Source of the DNA: a virus
UHGV virus genome: UHGV-0060500
Strand: one strand, 5' to 3'
DNA: 52,459 bases
Every line of letters begins with the position of its first letter. The stretch's first letter is position 1. This document shows positions 25,604 to 35,394 of this stretch, in pieces. The translations under genes were made by a program, and so were the position numbers. The notes beneath the pieces are model-generated. The model was given only the letters and a program-made list of their open reading frames with translations, was not told the DNA's origin and searched no databases.

Positions 25604-25804
25604 ATGTTCGACAGAATACGGGAGGCGTGTGCGTATGTGACTGGGGCCGTAACTGCTTTTTTCGGCGCGATAACCATCAATGACATTGCCGTCTTTGTGG
25701 GTATTTTATCAACCGTAGGCACATTTGCCGTTAATTATTACTTCAAATCACAGGAGAACAAGCGAGCGCAAGAGGAACACGACGCGCGAATGGGGAATAA
25801 GTAA
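25604..25804 (+). CDS. Class II holin (pinholin-like)
   Basis: 66 aa, two TM helices then charged C-terminus (YFKSQENKRAQEEHDARMGNK); followed by a SAR endolysin; SD GGAGG. Confidence 0.7.
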   Translation: MFDRIREACAYVTGAVTAFFGAITINDIAVFVGILSTVGTFAVNYYFKSQENKRAQEEHDARMGNK

Positions 25805-26296
25805 ATGATTAGCCAATCGCTGAAAAACAAGATTGTTGCGGCGGCGGCTGGTGGGGCGATCGCTATTGCGGCGGTGATGATTAAGCCATTAGAGGGCGTG
25901 GAACACGATCCTTATCGTGATGTTGTTGGCGTATGGACTGTTTGCTACGGTCACACCGGAAAAGACATCATGCTTGGGAAGACTTACACGCAATCAGAAT
26001 GCGATGCTTTGTTGAACAAAGATCTACATAAGACCGCAAAAGCGATTGACCCATATATCAAAGTCGAAATATCAGATTTTACCCGCGCTGCACTTTATTC
26101 GTTCGCCTATAACGTAGGCGCAACCAACTTCAAAACATCAACCTTATTAAAGCTACTCAATGACGGCAAGAAATCAGAGGCGTGCGCACAGCTTAAGCGC
26201 TGGGTATACGCTGGCGGTAAGAAGTGGCAAGGCCTGGTTAACCGCCGCGAGGTTGAATATGCCGTTTGCGAATGGGGTGAGAAATGGACAAGGTGA
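25805..26296 (+). CDS. SAR endolysin (lysozyme, T4-lysozyme-like catalytic triad region)
   Basis: 163 aa; N-terminal signal-anchor-release helix [17 protein letters not shown], then E...D...T catalytic spacing ([16 protein letters not shown]). Confidence 0.8.
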   Translation: MISQSLKNKIVAAAAGGAIAIAAVMIKPLEGVEHDPYRDVVGVWTVCYGHTGKDIMLGKTYTQSECDALLNKDLHKTAKAIDPYIKVEISDFTRAALYSFAYNVGATNFKTSTLLKLLNDGKKSEACAQLKRWVYAGGKKWQGLVNRREVEYAVCEWGEKWTR

Positions 26297-26754
26297 AGAC
26301 GTTAATCATCGCCGTTGTTGTTTGCATTATTGCCGGACTAACCGCCGTAACGTGTTATTACCAGGGTGAGGCGGCAAGGTTACAGGAAGAAGTCACGGTG
26401 ACGAAAGGCGCACTGAAGACAGCAAGTAACACTATTCAGCAGATGAAGGAGCGAAACGCCGAACTGTCAAAACTTGATAAGAGGTATCACGATGAGATTA
26501 AAGCTATCAGATCTGACATTGCCGATCTGCGCACTGGCATTGATAACGGCACTATCAGGCTGCGCGTCAACGCAATACCGGTGCGAGTGTCTGACCCCAC
26601 CGGAACCGCCAGCGCCATTGATGGAGCCGCCTGTAGACTCACTCCCGACGCTGAATCGGCTTATCTATCCCTCAGAGAACAACTAAAAACGAAAGACGCT
26701 CAGATTACTGGTCTTCAGGACTACATCAAAACTCAGTGCTTACGCAAAGAATAA
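26284..26754 (+). CDS. Rz: Rz-like i-spanin
   Basis: 156 aa; N-terminal TM helix, coiled-coil periplasmic domain; embedded Rz1-like ORF in another frame. Confidence 0.75.
   Translation: MDKVKTLIIAVVVCIIAGLTAVTCYYQGEAARLQEEVTVTKGALKTASNTIQQMKERNAELSKLDKRYHDEIKAIRSDIADLRTGIDNGTIRLRVNAIPVRVSDPTGTASAIDGAACRLTPDAESAYLSLREQLKTKDAQITGLQDYIKTQCLRKE
26474..26686 (+). CDS. Rz1: Rz1-like o-spanin lipoprotein (embedded in Rz); start probably the Met at 26492
   Basis: Lipobox LSGC followed by a Pro-rich sequence, entirely inside the Rz gene in the +1 frame. Confidence 0.7.
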   Translation: MIRGITMRLKLSDLTLPICALALITALSGCASTQYRCECLTPPEPPAPLMEPPVDSLPTLNRLIYPSENN

Positions 26755-27032
26755 CAGCGCGTGGACGTGTCGCCGTTTCTGCCAGCCAGCCATAACCGGG
26801 CCAATCCTTCCCGCGAGCGACGGCGGAAATTCAAAAACACGTAATACCGGATCAACAGTCCCATTAACAGGTCAGGCGCTACCTGGGTAGAAGAAAGCGC
26901 CATCCACCAATTTTATAAAATTCTGTAAACGGTACTCACACAGCGCCGTTTTCAGTGTTTTATAGCTGTTTTCACTCCCTGCGGTGTCCAGTTTTGCGGG
27001 GGTTATATTTTTCAGGATAGAGGAATATTCTG

Positions 27033-27575
27033 ATGGCTAAGGGTAAAGGCATTAAGTTGCCTCAATTCAAAGTCCCGCTCTTTGAGCATACAACAGTTTT
27101 CTTCTGCCCGACTCGCGACATGTTCTATGAATTTTGCGAAAAGGCAGGGATCCCAATCGAACCTGATTTCGAACTGGCTGGAGGATTGACGCTTACTTGC
27201 ACTGGTGAGAAAGGCGGTAACTTCTACGTGATCGCAGTATTCGACAATGAGTTGGGTACGCTGGTACATGAATGCGCCCACACTACATTCCACGTCTTAA
27301 GTGATGTAGGCGTCGTGGCGACCACTGATCCAATTCATCCGGCAAACGAGACTTACGCTTACATGGTGGGCCGCATCTTTGACGCATTCTTCCCAATCCT
27401 GGCTGAATCAAACGAAGCGCAGGTTGCAGCAATGCAGGCGGCTGAAGTCGTAGAGAAGGCATTAGAACAGGCAGAACAGCCGAAGGAAGAGGAAAAGCCC
27501 GCTAAGAAAGGCAAACGCAAGCCGAAAGCAAAAGATGCGCTTGTGCCGCGTGTAATGAGCTTTAAACGAGGCTGA
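27033..27575 (+). CDS. Hypothetical protein with HExxH motif and lysine-rich acidic/basic C-terminal tail
   Basis: 180 aa; LVHECAHTTFH (HExxH) and C-terminal EQAEQPKEEEKPAKKGKRKPKAK; SD GAGGAA. Confidence 0.5.
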   Translation: MAKGKGIKLPQFKVPLFEHTTVFFCPTRDMFYEFCEKAGIPIEPDFELAGGLTLTCTGEKGGNFYVIAVFDNELGTLVHECAHTTFHVLSDVGVVATTDPIHPANETYAYMVGRIFDAFFPILAESNEAQVAAMQAAEVVEKALEQAEQPKEEEKPAKKGKRKPKAKDALVPRVMSFKRG

Positions 27576-27577
27576 TT

Positions 27578-28154
27578 ATGGACGCTTACATCATCGCCGG
27601 ATTAATTGGTATTCTGTATTTCTGGTGAGTTTTGTTATTGCCGTACTGATAACCGTAAAGAGCAAGTATTAGATGTGGTGGCAATATGATTGACCCGCTA
27701 ATTATCCTTTCTGCCTGCGTCGCTGTATGGCTGGCGATCATGATATTCATTGAAAGCTGAAGGTATCCACAATGAACGCATACGAAATGCTATTGCTGGT
27801 GGCTGTTATTACAGTTATTGCCGTAGATGTTTATCGGGAGTTTAAAAAATGAAATGGCTTGATTTCTTTTTCCTGATCGTTGCGATTGTTCTCACTATGA
27901 CCGCGCTTGCTCAATAGGTGAAAGCATGAACGCTATTGATATTATGTTGATCGTGTGTACCGTTGCATTAGTTATTATTGGGGTGATTATCAATGTCTGA
28001 TGGTGATTTCTTAATCATGGCTATATGCACGCTGTTAACTGTTATTGTTTTCTTCGCGTAAAGGTAAACAATGAAAGAATTATTCGATTGGTTGGAAGTA
28101 TTAACATACTGTGCAAGTTTTGTTGCTTGCGTATATATCATCAATAAATATTGA
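27578..28154 (+). other. Array of seven tandem micro-ORFs encoding 16-27 aa hydrophobic peptides (27578-27628, 27686-27760, 27772-27852, 27849-27917, 27926-28000, 27993-28061, 28071-28154)
   Basis: Each ATG is preceded by an SD-like purine run; peptides MDAYIIAGLIGILYFW, MIDPLIILSACVAVWLAIMIFIES, MNAYEMLLLVAVITVIAVDVYREFKK, MKWLDFFFLIVAIVLTMTALAQ, MNAIDIMLIVCTVALVIIGVIINV, MSDGDFLIMAICTLLTVIVFFA, MKELFDWLEVLTYCASFVACVYIINKY. Confidence 0.4.
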
Positions 28155-28164
28155 GAGGTGAATT

Positions 28165-28680
28165 ATGGCCCGCACTAAAAAGGCAAAAGCTGACGACAAA
28201 AAGCCAGCCGCAAAAAGGGTGGGCCGTCCGCATGGTTATACCGAAGAAAAGGCGTTAGAAATCTGTGAACTGGTGGCGGACGGTCAGAGCGTTAACAAAA
28301 TTTCGAAGATGCCTGGTATGCCTACCCGTTCAACAATCCTGAAATGGTTTAGAGACGTGCCGGAATTCTCGGACATGTACATGCGCGCGAAGGAAATCGG
28401 CTTCGAGGTATTAGCTGATGAGATCCTCGATATAGCTGATGATGCTAAGAACGTTGATAAAGACCAACTACGCCGCCACCAATTAATGATTGAAACGCGT
28501 AAATGGTTATTGGCTAAGCTACAACCGCGCAAATACGGCGAACGCGTCACACAGGAGATCGTCGGTAACAAGGAAGAAGCACCCGTCCAGGTAGAAGTAA
28601 ATCAGACTACTGTCCTTGAGATAATCGATAACCTGAATAAGGAGTACAATACTCATGGAGACTGCGACGACAAAGATTGA
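28165..28680 (+). CDS. Terminase small subunit
   Basis: 171 aa; N-terminal basic HTH-like region (GRPHGYTEEKALEICELVADGQSVNKISKMPGMPTRSTI), immediately upstream of and overlapping the large subunit. Confidence 0.75.
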   Translation: MARTKKAKADDKKPAAKRVGRPHGYTEEKALEICELVADGQSVNKISKMPGMPTRSTILKWFRDVPEFSDMYMRAKEIGFEVLADEILDIADDAKNVDKDQLRRHQLMIETRKWLLAKLQPRKYGERVTQEIVGNKEEAPVQVEVNQTTVLEIIDNLNKEYNTHGDCDDKD

Positions 28681-30169
28681 CAGAGAGGTTCTAAGGGGGT
28701 TGTGTGTTAAAGGTTGTGCTCCCAAAGACATATCAGCACCTTTGTTTTTTAGTTCCTACTTTTATAAGCAACAGGTTGGCAAGGACTTTTTGGTTGGGCG
28801 TCATCACAGAATAATTGCCGATACGCTACAACGAGTTATTAATGGTGAAATCACCAGGTTGATAATCAACATCCCACCGGGCTATGGCAAAACAATGATT
28901 GCCACAATTCACATGATGGCCCGCTGCCTCGCAATAGAACCCCGCACCAGATTCCTGCATGTATCGTATTCACACGGACTCGCCTTGCTTAATTCCTCAG
29001 AGACAAGAAACATAATCACGATGCCGCAATATCAGGAATTGTGGCCTATGCAAATGCGCAACGATTCGAACGCGAAAAACCTGTGGTGGACCACTCAGGG
29101 TGGCGGCGTGTATGCGACGTCATCGCTTGGACAGGTGACAGGGTTCCGCGCCGGGTACATGGAACCTGGGTTTAACGGCGCAATGATTATTGATGACCCC
29201 CTGAAACCAGCTGACGCTTATTCTGATGTGGTGCGAAAGCAGGTTAATACCAATTACAACGACACGCTTTCTTCGCGCCTGGCTGTGCAAACAACGCCAG
29301 TGATCGTCATCATGCAGCGTATCCACTACGATGATTTATCCGGCTACCTGTTACGTGGCGGTAGTGGTGAGAAATGGCATCACCTTTGCCTGCCAGTGAA
29401 GATCGACAACAGTCTTGACTATTGGGATCTGTACCCGGAAAACAAATTCGCTATTCCTGTTCCTCACAACCTGCCGGATGGCTGGCTATGGTTGCATAAG
29501 CATAGTGATAAAGATGAATCAACTCTTAAATCACATCGCCGAACATTCGAAGCTCAATATATGCAGTGTCCGCGCAAGTTCGATCAAGAGGGCGCATTGT
29601 GGACTGAAGCGATGATAACCGCCGCGCACATGATGCAGATAACGCAGGAGAAAATTCGCACGGTGATAGCCATCGACCCGGCGACAACATCATCTGATGA
29701 GTCAGACGAAACAGGGATTGTAGCCTGTTCCGCTTATGGTGGTGGCAAGAATGCTCAGTATTCAGTAGACGGTGACTACTCAGGCCGCATGTCACCTAAT
29801 GACTGGGCGCAAGCAGCAATGAACGCCTACAACATCCATGAAGCTGACGCGATGGTTATCGAAACCAACCAGGGTGGTGATATGGCAGAGGCCACACTAC
29901 GCAATGCAGGATTTAAGGGCCGCATTGTTAAGGTGCACGCAAGCAAGGGTAAATTTGCCCGCGCCGAACCAATATCTGCATTGTATGCACAGGGTAGGGT
30001 AGCCCACACTGGCAGCCTGTACACGCTGGAAAATCAAATGATGGAATATGTGCCAGCCACCGCTAAAAAATCCCCTGACCGTATGGATGCTATGGTATGG
30101 GGTATCACTGAACTAAGCCAGCCACAGGCGATGGGCCTCATGTTACCTAAGCGCCTGCGAGGGTTTTAA
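28655..30169 (+). CDS. Terminase large subunit
   Basis: 504 aa; Walker A-like PPGYGKTM, ATPase then nuclease domain arrangement. Confidence 0.85.
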   Translation: METATTKIDREVLRGLCVKGCAPKDISAPLFFSSYFYKQQVGKDFLVGRHHRIIADTLQRVINGEITRLIINIPPGYGKTMIATIHMMARCLAIEPRTRFLHVSYSHGLALLNSSETRNIITMPQYQELWPMQMRNDSNAKNLWWTTQGGGVYATSSLGQVTGFRAGYMEPGFNGAMIIDDPLKPADAYSDVVRKQVNTNYNDTLSSRLAVQTTPVIVIMQRIHYDDLSGYLLRGGSGEKWHHLCLPVKIDNSLDYWDLYPENKFAIPVPHNLPDGWLWLHKHSDKDESTLKSHRRTFEAQYMQCPRKFDQEGALWTEAMITAAHMMQITQEKIRTVIAIDPATTSSDESDETGIVACSAYGGGKNAQYSVDGDYSGRMSPNDWAQAAMNAYNIHEADAMVIETNQGGDMAEATLRNAGFKGRIVKVHASKGKFARAEPISALYAQGRVAHTGSLYTLENQMMEYVPATAKKSPDRMDAMVWGITELSQPQAMGLMLPKRLRGF

Positions 30170-30317
30170 GTTATTGATTATTATCAACTTCGAAAAATTT
30201 TCGAAGATGAACAATAATAATTCTCAATTAGCTACACAAAATCTGCCTCACAATCCCTCACGAATTTTTCTATTTTTCGCGTAGCAACGCGTAAACATGT
30301 ATTCAGGAGTAAACATT

Positions 30318-31688
30318 ATGCCATCCAATTTAGAATTGGCGGTTAATGCTGCCTTGTCTCAACGCCAGGCGGCCTTTGCCCGCTATGCAGCGGCACATCC
30401 GTTCACTATGGGGATAGATGCCAAACGTGATGCTGCGTGGAGTGAATACGGATTTAAAGAAGAGATCACGTATCACGATCTATACAAACTGTACAGACGC
30501 GGCGGCATCGCTCACGGTGCTGTAGAAAAGATTGTTACTACTTGCTGGCGCACCAAGCCAAAGATGATTGAAGGAACTGAAGACGAGAAAGCGAAAAAGG
30601 AAACACCGTGGGAAAGAGAAATCAAGAAGAAATTTAACAACAGATTTTGGCGCACTGTTGCTGAATGTGATCGCCGCCGCCTCATTGGTCGTTACTCTGG
30701 TCTGTTAATTCATATCAGAGATAACAAGCCGTGGGATCAGCCAGTGACAAAAGGCGTAGGCATTGCAAAATTTACCCCTGTGTGGGCTGGCGCTCTTACA
30801 CCGAAGGACTTCGAAGAAAACCCGGATAATGAAAACTATGGCCTGCCAACGTGGTGGGAATACAAAGAACGCATTAACAGTAAGACCATTGCCAGAAAGA
30901 TCCACCCTGACCGCATATTCATCTTTGGCGACTATTCTGATGATGTCATCGCTTTCCTTGAACCTTCCTACAACGCATTCGTATCACTGGAAAAAGTGGA
31001 AGGCGGTAGTGGTGAATCATTCCTGAAAAACGCAGCGCGTCAGCTTGCCATTTCGTTCGATAAAGAGATTGACTTCCGTTCCCTGGCTGCAACATACGAT
31101 TGCGACGTTACAGAGTTACGCGAAAGATTCAATGAGGCTACGGCTGAAATGAATAAGGGTAATGACGTAATGATGGCGTTACAGGGTGCGACAGTAAGCC
31201 CGCTGGTTACTGCCGTATCTGACCCGTCATCAACCTATGACGTAAACCTGCAAACCGCCGCCGCTGGTGTTGATATTCCAACCCGCATCTTGGTTGGGAA
31301 CCAGCAGGGAGAACGCGCATCAACCGAAGACCTGCGTTACTTCAACAGCCGCTGCATGACCCGCAGGGAGGAAATCGGTGGCGAGATTGAAGATCTGTTT
31401 CGCAAGATGGCAGATCTACGCCTTATCAGTATGCCAGTAGATGTATCAGTGCTATGGGACGACCTTAACGCCATGACCAAAGCAGAGCTACTGGAAGCCG
31501 CAGACAAGATGGCGCAAATCAATCAGGCTTGTTTGGCTACTGGTGAAGAAATATTTAGCGGCGATGAGATCCGCGAGGCTGCCGGATACGATGGCCCAGC
31601 CAGTGAAGTAGAAACGGAAGAGGATGACGATGATGAAGGTGAAGAAAATAATCAGGCGAATACCTCCAGCCGCGATAATGCCATCTAA
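30318..31688 (+). CDS. Portal protein
   Basis: About 456 aa following terminase, acidic C-terminus; SD AGGAGT before the ATG at 30318 (ORF-track start 30297). Confidence 0.7.
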   Translation: MPSNLELAVNAALSQRQAAFARYAAAHPFTMGIDAKRDAAWSEYGFKEEITYHDLYKLYRRGGIAHGAVEKIVTTCWRTKPKMIEGTEDEKAKKETPWEREIKKKFNNRFWRTVAECDRRRLIGRYSGLLIHIRDNKPWDQPVTKGVGIAKFTPVWAGALTPKDFEENPDNENYGLPTWWEYKERINSKTIARKIHPDRIFIFGDYSDDVIAFLEPSYNAFVSLEKVEGGSGESFLKNAARQLAISFDKEIDFRSLAATYDCDVTELRERFNEATAEMNKGNDVMMALQGATVSPLVTAVSDPSSTYDVNLQTAAAGVDIPTRILVGNQQGERASTEDLRYFNSRCMTRREEIGGEIEDLFRKMADLRLISMPVDVSVLWDDLNAMTKAELLEAADKMAQINQACLATGEEIFSGDEIREAAGYDGPASEVETEEDDDDEGEENNQANTSSRDNAI

Positions 31689-32574
31689 CACCGAAGACCC
31701 GACCATGACAGGGAAGTTAAGGTCGGGAGCTATTAAGCGTTTTAAAGCCTGCCTGAAGAAAGTTGCGGATCCGTATATCGCCATATTGGACAGAATCCAA
31801 TATAGCCTGGCTGTTAATAAGAAATACACCTTTCAGATTTACATGGATGAATTTCACGACATGCTGGAGGACGCAAGCGACATGATTGATGAGATATTCG
31901 AGTTAACAGACCCGGAAAACTTCTGGTTCTGGCAGAATTACGTGAAGGTGGCCTATCAGCGCGGCACGGCACAGGAATATGCCAACCTCGCTAACCAGTC
32001 TGTCACGTACTCAAGCGTTTATCCCGATGTATCTGCCGTACTATCAAGCACAACCTACCGCACGCGCCTTGCCCTGGTCCGTACCCGTGTATTTGAGGAA
32101 ATGCGCGGGCTGACAGCACAGATCAAAAAGGATATGGCCCGCCGACTAACTGAAGGCATGGCCCGTGGTTTAAACCCACTGGAAATAGCGCGCACATTGA
32201 ATCAGGAGACGCAATTACCGCTATACAGGTGTAAACGTATTGCTCGAACTGAAATATGCACAGCGTTACGCACAGCGCGTATGGATGAGGCAGAAGCGGC
32301 GACAGAAGAATTTAATCTGCGCACTATGCAAATGCACATTTCGGCATTATCACCGACTACCAGGCTATCGCACGCGCAGCGGCACGGTAAAACATACACC
32401 ATAGATGAGCAGCGCGAATGGTGGAGTAGATCCCCTAATTCAATTAACTGCAAATGTAGCACGATTACCGTATTAGTTGACGAAGACGGTAACATATTAA
32501 ACGAACGAATATTAGATCGGGCGCAAGAAAACTATAAAGTTGCGCACGCTAAATATGGCGAAGATTGGGAGTAA
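31624..32574 (+). CDS. Head morphogenesis protein (Mu F-like minor head protein); start uncertain
   Basis: 316 aa; C-terminal HGKTYT...CKCS pattern typical of the Mu F / SPP1 gp7 family; position after portal. Confidence 0.6.
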   Translation: MTMMKVKKIIRRIPPAAIMPSNTEDPTMTGKLRSGAIKRFKACLKKVADPYIAILDRIQYSLAVNKKYTFQIYMDEFHDMLEDASDMIDEIFELTDPENFWFWQNYVKVAYQRGTAQEYANLANQSVTYSSVYPDVSAVLSSTTYRTRLALVRTRVFEEMRGLTAQIKKDMARRLTEGMARGLNPLEIARTLNQETQLPLYRCKRIARTEICTALRTARMDEAEAATEEFNLRTMQMHISALSPTTRLSHAQRHGKTYTIDEQREWWSRSPNSINCKCSTITVLVDEDGNILNERILDRAQENYKVAHAKYGEDWE

Positions 32575-33893
32575 AAACCGTGAGTAAAGAACTGATTCAG
32601 GTTAATACCAAATTAACCGCTAATACCATACGCCGGGAAACTTATAACGGACGCGAGCACATTGTTGTGCCATCATATACGCTGCCATTCAATATCGTTA
32701 TGAATCGTGAATATTACCCGGAAGCTGAAATTATCGCTAATTACCAGTCACTGGAGGGTACGCTTGCCCCGCTGGGCCATCCTACCGTTGACGGTAAATT
32801 TGTTTCAGCATTTAGCCCGGAAGGATTAAACACGGGTTTTTGTGGTGCGTGGAACAGAAACGTTGAGTTACGCGGCAACCGTGTTTATGTGGAAAAATGG
32901 GTGGATGTGGAAACCGCCAGCCATTCAAGCCAGGGCCGCGAATTATTAGCCCGACTGGAAGCACTGGAGAAAGGAGAAAGCAAAGATCCTATCTGGTCGT
33001 CCGTCGCTGTATATCGCCAGCGTATGCCAGCCACCGAAAAAATGAAAGCCCAGGGTGCTGACCATGTAGTGAAAATCATGTCGATCGACCATGACGCTAT
33101 CTTGCTGCATGAGCCGCCAGCCGCTTCGCCGGAACAGGGCGTAGGCTTAATGGTTAATACCGACCAGGCGAAGCCGTTAATGGCGGTGGCGATGAAAGAA
33201 AACAGCTACAGAACACTTGAGAAACAATTAACAGACGCGGCGCGGGATTTATTCCCTGATGCTGATTATGTGTATGTGGTGGACTTCACTGATAAAGAGG
33301 TGACGATCGCCACTAATGCGGAAAGTGCTCAAGTTTGCGCATATGAAAAACAGGCTGATAAAATTATTCTCAATAATGGCGAGCTTGCAACCAACGAGGA
33401 AAGTAAATCATGGTTTGCTCAGTTCGCTGAACACCTTTCTAATCTTTTCTCCCTGAATGAAAAAATTAAGGCCAATAAATCGGAGGACGATCCCATGCCT
33501 TTGACCAAAGAAGAACGCGCCGAACTGGTAAAAGAAATTAACGAAGGCTTAGCCGCCAACATCGCTAATGCAGTAGCAGAGGCATTAAAACCAGTACAGG
33601 CAAGCGTAGAAGAATTACAGACCAACCAAGAAGAATTACAGACCAACCAAGAAGAATTACAGACCAACCAGAAAGCAATTAAAGAAGAAATTGCAGCAAA
33701 CGCAGATAAAGAAGTAGCAGAAAAACGCGCCGCAGTAGCAAAAGTTCACGGCGAAATTGTTGCTAACGCATTAAGCGGTGAAGCGTTAGACGCAATGTTT
33801 AAATCCCTGGGTAAAGCAGCACCAATGGCAGCAAACTCAGCCGCTGGTGGAAATAAACCTGCCACCCCTGACATTAACAACTATTTCGCATAA
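32565..33893 (+). CDS. Putative head scaffolding protein with coiled-coil C-terminal half
   Basis: 442 aa; position between the morphogenesis and capsid genes; (EELQTNQ)x3 heptad tandem repeat. Confidence 0.45.
   Translation: MGVKTVSKELIQVNTKLTANTIRRETYNGREHIVVPSYTLPFNIVMNREYYPEAEIIANYQSLEGTLAPLGHPTVDGKFVSAFSPEGLNTGFCGAWNRNVELRGNRVYVEKWVDVETASHSSQGRELLARLEALEKGESKDPIWSSVAVYRQRMPATEKMKAQGADHVVKIMSIDHDAILLHEPPAASPEQGVGLMVNTDQAKPLMAVAMKENSYRTLEKQLTDAARDLFPDADYVYVVDFTDKEVTIATNAESAQVCAYEKQADKIILNNGELATNEESKSWFAQFAEHLSNLFSLNEKIKANKSEDDPMPLTKEERAELVKEINEGLAANIANAVAEALKPVQASVEELQTNQEELQTNQEELQTNQKAIKEEIAANADKEVAEKRAAVAKVHGEIVANALSGEALDAMFKSLGKAAPMAANSAAGGNKPATPDINNYFA
33609..33671 (+). repeat. 3 x 21 bp perfect/near-perfect tandem repeat GAAGAATTACAGACCAACCAA inside the scaffold gene
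   Basis: Direct tandem repeat read from the sequence; in frame (EELQTNQ). Confidence 0.8.
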
Positions 33894-33903
33894 GAGGTGA
33901 ATT

Positions 33904-34305
33904 ATGGCCCGTTTTCGTCGTGTAAATATTGACGGCAAATCCGTTACTGAAACAGCAGTATCTGCCGCAGCACTTAAGCCGGGTACTCCGGTAAAAATGG
34001 CGTCTGGTAAATTCGCTGCCGCAACTGATACCACAGGACGTATTTATGTTGTTAACCCTGCATACCATGAAGGTTTAGGCATTGAAGATGCGATCCCGGT
34101 TGGTCATTCCGTGGTTGCTGACTACGCAGAAGAAGGACGTGAATTTGCGATTCTGCTTCCTGAAGGTGCTTACACCAAAGACGCTGCCATCACCATTGGT
34201 GAAGGTGGCTTTAAATTGGTTACATCTGATGAACCTGTTTTCGCTTTCTGCCAGGAAACTGTAACCCTTGAAGCGGCTGATTTTGTACGTGTCCGCGTTG
34301 CATAA
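33904..34305 (+). CDS. Putative head decoration / capsid accessory protein
   Basis: 133 aa, immediately upstream of the major capsid gene. Confidence 0.4.
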   Translation: MARFRRVNIDGKSVTETAVSAAALKPGTPVKMASGKFAAATDTTGRIYVVNPAYHEGLGIEDAIPVGHSVVADYAEEGREFAILLPEGAYTKDAAITIGEGGFKLVTSDEPVFAFCQETVTLEAADFVRVRVA

Positions 34306-34324
34306 TAATAAGAGGTGAAAAACT

Positions 34325-35377
34325 ATGTTGTTTAATAAACACAACCTTGCTACCAACAGCCGCATTCGTGCCCAGTGGGATCACCTTTGGGCGCAGCGCA
34401 ACATGTTCAATGATCAGGACGGCGCTCTTATTGCCGCAAATATGGCAAACATGACCGCTGACATCCTGGCATGTAATGCCGTTGGCGGCTTCGATCAGGA
34501 GTTCTGGAAAGCTGTCGATAACCAGATTATCGAAATGAGCACCGAAGAGACTGGTATTGAAATCGTAAACGATTTGATGGCTGTGCAAACCGTATTGCCA
34601 ATCGGTAAAACCGAGAAAATGTACAGCGTATCCGGTGATATTAACGATGAAGTTGTCGTTAGTATCGATGGTCAAGCCCCGCATGGCTTCGATCACACTG
34701 AATATGGCAGCGATGGCGACCCGATCCCGATGTTCGCAGCGGGTTACGGTGTCAGCTGGCGTCATTCCGAAGGTCTGAAAACTGTTGGTATTGACCTTGC
34801 ACTGGATAGCCAGCGCCTGAAACTGCAAAAATTCAACAAGGCCCGCGTTGATTATTACCTTAACGGTAACGCAAAAATCAACGTCAACGGTAAACCTGGC
34901 CAGGGTATTAAAAATCACCGCAATACCCAGCAACTAGTCATGACCTCCGAAGATCTCACCACTGACGGATTCGATGCTCTCATCAAATTCTTCACCACTG
35001 GTGCATTCGGTGTTATGGCCCGCAACAACCGCGTTGACCAGTATGATCTCATGTGGGTGTCACCTGAAATTATGGCTAACCTGGCAGCGCCGCACATTGC
35101 AAACGGGACTGTCGTAGGCAGTGTTCTGAATATCGTTAAACCGTTCATTCCGGTTAAAGAAATCCGTCAGACCTATGCACTGAAAGGCAACGAGTTCATT
35201 GCCTATCAACGCCGCCGCAACGTCATTACCCCGCTGGTTGGTATGACTACTGGCGTAGTGCCTCTGCCGCGCACCATGCCTACCGATAACTACAACTTCA
35301 AAATCATGTCTGCCGAAGGCTTACAAATCACCTGCGACATGCTGGGCCGTTCCGGTGTTGTTTACGGTCACAAATAA
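34325..35377 (+). CDS. Major capsid protein
   Basis: 350 aa; position, size and terminator directly downstream. Confidence 0.75.
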   Translation: MLFNKHNLATNSRIRAQWDHLWAQRNMFNDQDGALIAANMANMTADILACNAVGGFDQEFWKAVDNQIIEMSTEETGIEIVNDLMAVQTVLPIGKTEKMYSVSGDINDEVVVSIDGQAPHGFDHTEYGSDGDPIPMFAAGYGVSWRHSEGLKTVGIDLALDSQRLKLQKFNKARVDYYLNGNAKINVNGKPGQGIKNHRNTQQLVMTSEDLTTDGFDALIKFFTTGAFGVMARNNRVDQYDLMWVSPEIMANLAAPHIANGTVVGSVLNIVKPFIPVKEIRQTYALKGNEFIAYQRRRNVITPLVGMTTGVVPLPRTMPTDNYNFKIMSAEGLQITCDMLGRSGVVYGHK

Positions 35378-35394
35378 TTTCGTATTTCCTGTAA

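Noticed and set aside
33609-33671. Tandem 21 bp repeats considered as a possible CRISPR-like or VNTR element
   Set aside because: Only three adjacent copies with no spacers; in frame within the scaffold gene, encoding heptad repeats.
34220-34933. 237 aa minus-strand ORF antisense to the major capsid gene
   Set aside because: Shadow ORF inside a strongly supported structural gene.
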